The position numbers and the translations under genes were made by a program. A model generated the notes under the pieces. It had not been told where the DNA came from, did no database searches, and worked only from the letters and a program-made list of their open reading frames with translations. Shown piece after piece: positions 63,009 through 64,000 of a stretch of 64,000 nt of DNA; positions within the stretch are counted from its first letter, which is position 1, and each line of letters opens with the position of its first letter. The stretch spans positions 26,695-90,694 of the forward strand of contig DAZE01000021.1 in NCBI GenBank assembly GCA_002507175.1, read 5' to 3'. The stretch is from Euryarchaeota archaeon UBA558 (GTDB lineage: Archaea; Thermoplasmatota; Poseidoniia; Poseidoniales; Thalassarchaeaceae).

Positions 63009-64000
63009 TCAATCAAATCCTTCAAAATTTCATCAAGCTCTTCCTCTGACCTTTTGATATTGGCTTTGTTATCATGGTGATGTGAATTTGGCAATTGCTC
63101 AATATCCTGAATCACGCTGTCAAGCATTCCAGCGTCAAGCGCTCTATTCGAACGGGCGATTTCTTCGCTGTCATGGTATATTTTGATTTCCCTTTTCGAC
63201 CTCTTGAATCCCTTTGCGAACAGTTCTGCAGATATCGTGTCAGGCTGCCTCATGTGGGAGTTGGAAACCTTCCTTCTTCTCAGAAAAGAATTGAACAACA
63301 AAAGACCACTAGCACAAATGCCCAGACTCATTATGAGTAGAATACCCTGAAACAACCCGAGGAATCCATTGCTGCCCTCATTACCAGCCGATTTTATCAC
63401 TTGATTGAACGTACACTCACTTTCGATAGTGTTTCCTGGGTTACTTACTGGTGTTGCTGTTATTGAGAGCCTTGTACTGTCCTGACTGGGACTAGACCAC
63501 GCTTGAATTTCTAGGGCTTCTTGATATCCTATCGGATCAAATCTGAGAAATCGGTCATGTGTGTATGTCCCATTGATCAGAAAGCCATGATCAATGTCCT
63601 TGTTGATGTCCACAACCGCCTCAATAGAATCTTCCCTTCTACCATTGTTTACCACAAATATCGACATTGTGATTCTATTGTCTGACGATACGTCACATTC
63701 TGTGTTCCTCTTTGTTTCCAACATTGCCTTTGATGAAATAGTGAAACTAATTTCCTCAATGTCGATTACTAAACCTTGGGTCCTCATACGAATTTCAATA
63801 TCAGGTGTGACACCAAGTTGCGCTTCACTATCCACGGCTAGATACAACGGAATTTTCGTGAATTCTCCGCTATCCAGCTCTATTTCACTTGGCAGTTCAA
63901 TTTCAATCCATTCAGGAACTCCATGATGTTCGATACTGTAGACAGTCGAGCCCATACCATCATTGGAAACAACCAGATCCAAAACACAGCCTTCACCTGG
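63005..64000 (-). CDS. hypothetical surface protein, 5'-truncated by the window edge
   Basis: The reading frame stays open beyond the Met at 63982 to nt 64000. It has CARDB-like strands (MSIFVVNNGRREDSIEAVV), the TM LGLFQGILLIMSLGICASGLLLF and a basic cytoplasmic tail. Confidence 0.6.
   Translation of the reverse strand, partial: PGEGCVLDLVVSNDGMGSTVYSIEHHGVPEWIEIELPSEIELDSGEFTKIPLYLAVDSEAQLGVTPDIEIRMRTQGLVIDIEEISFTISSKAMLETKRNTECDVSSDNRITMSIFVVNNGRREDSIEAVVDINKDIDHGFLINGTYTHDRFLRFDPIGYQEALEIQAWSSPSQDSTRLSITATPVSNPGNTIESECTFNQVIKSAGNEGSNGFLGLFQGILLIMSLGICASGLLLFNSFLRRRKVSNSHMRQPDTISAELFAKGFKRSKREIKIYHDSEEIARSNRALDAGMLDSVIQDIEQLPNSHHHDNKANIKRSEEELDEILKDLID

Overview
Densely coding (about 95%) archaeal chromosome segment with roughly 45 genes. 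Archaeal identity rests on aIF2-beta, aRF1, CDP-archaeol synthase, an AglB-type oligosaccharyltransferase, an ArcS-like protein, uS15 (S13e type) and archaeal-type PyrH and GluRS. Mid-range GC content and very acidic secreted proteins suggest a marine planktonic euryarchaeon (Thermoplasmatota or Marine Group II-like), but that placement is inference only. Housekeeping genes (eif2b, pyrH, prf1-argS, purD, carS, dnaJ, rps15, gltX, rnhB, one tRNA-CAT) are interleaved with many signal- or TM-anchored surface proteins, about 38 of 64 kb by my count. I saw no rRNA, CRISPR array, transposase, integrase or prophage signature. The main hunt results are listed here. (1) A 24-kb plus-strand island (25.5-49.7 kb) opens with a 3,124-aa AglB/STT3 oligosaccharyltransferase fused to an extra N-terminal membrane module and a ~1,800-aa surface-domain array. 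It is followed by an SD-coupled S8 subtilase, a 1,409-aa beta-helix protein, an HTH-ATPase-TPR regulator, an MBL hydrolase and a 1,914-aa TSP3 calcium-repeat protein. (2) A minus-strand three-gene unit encodes a multi-OB-like surface protein, a TctA/DUF112-like permease and a protein with clear CD36/LIMP-2 (scavenger receptor B) family motifs. (3) A single-lobe transferrin-family protein has alignable Fe ligands. (4) A pyroglutamyl-peptidase-MutT/Nudix fusion lacks a canonical start codon. All family assignments come from motif recognition by eye and need HMM or structure confirmation.
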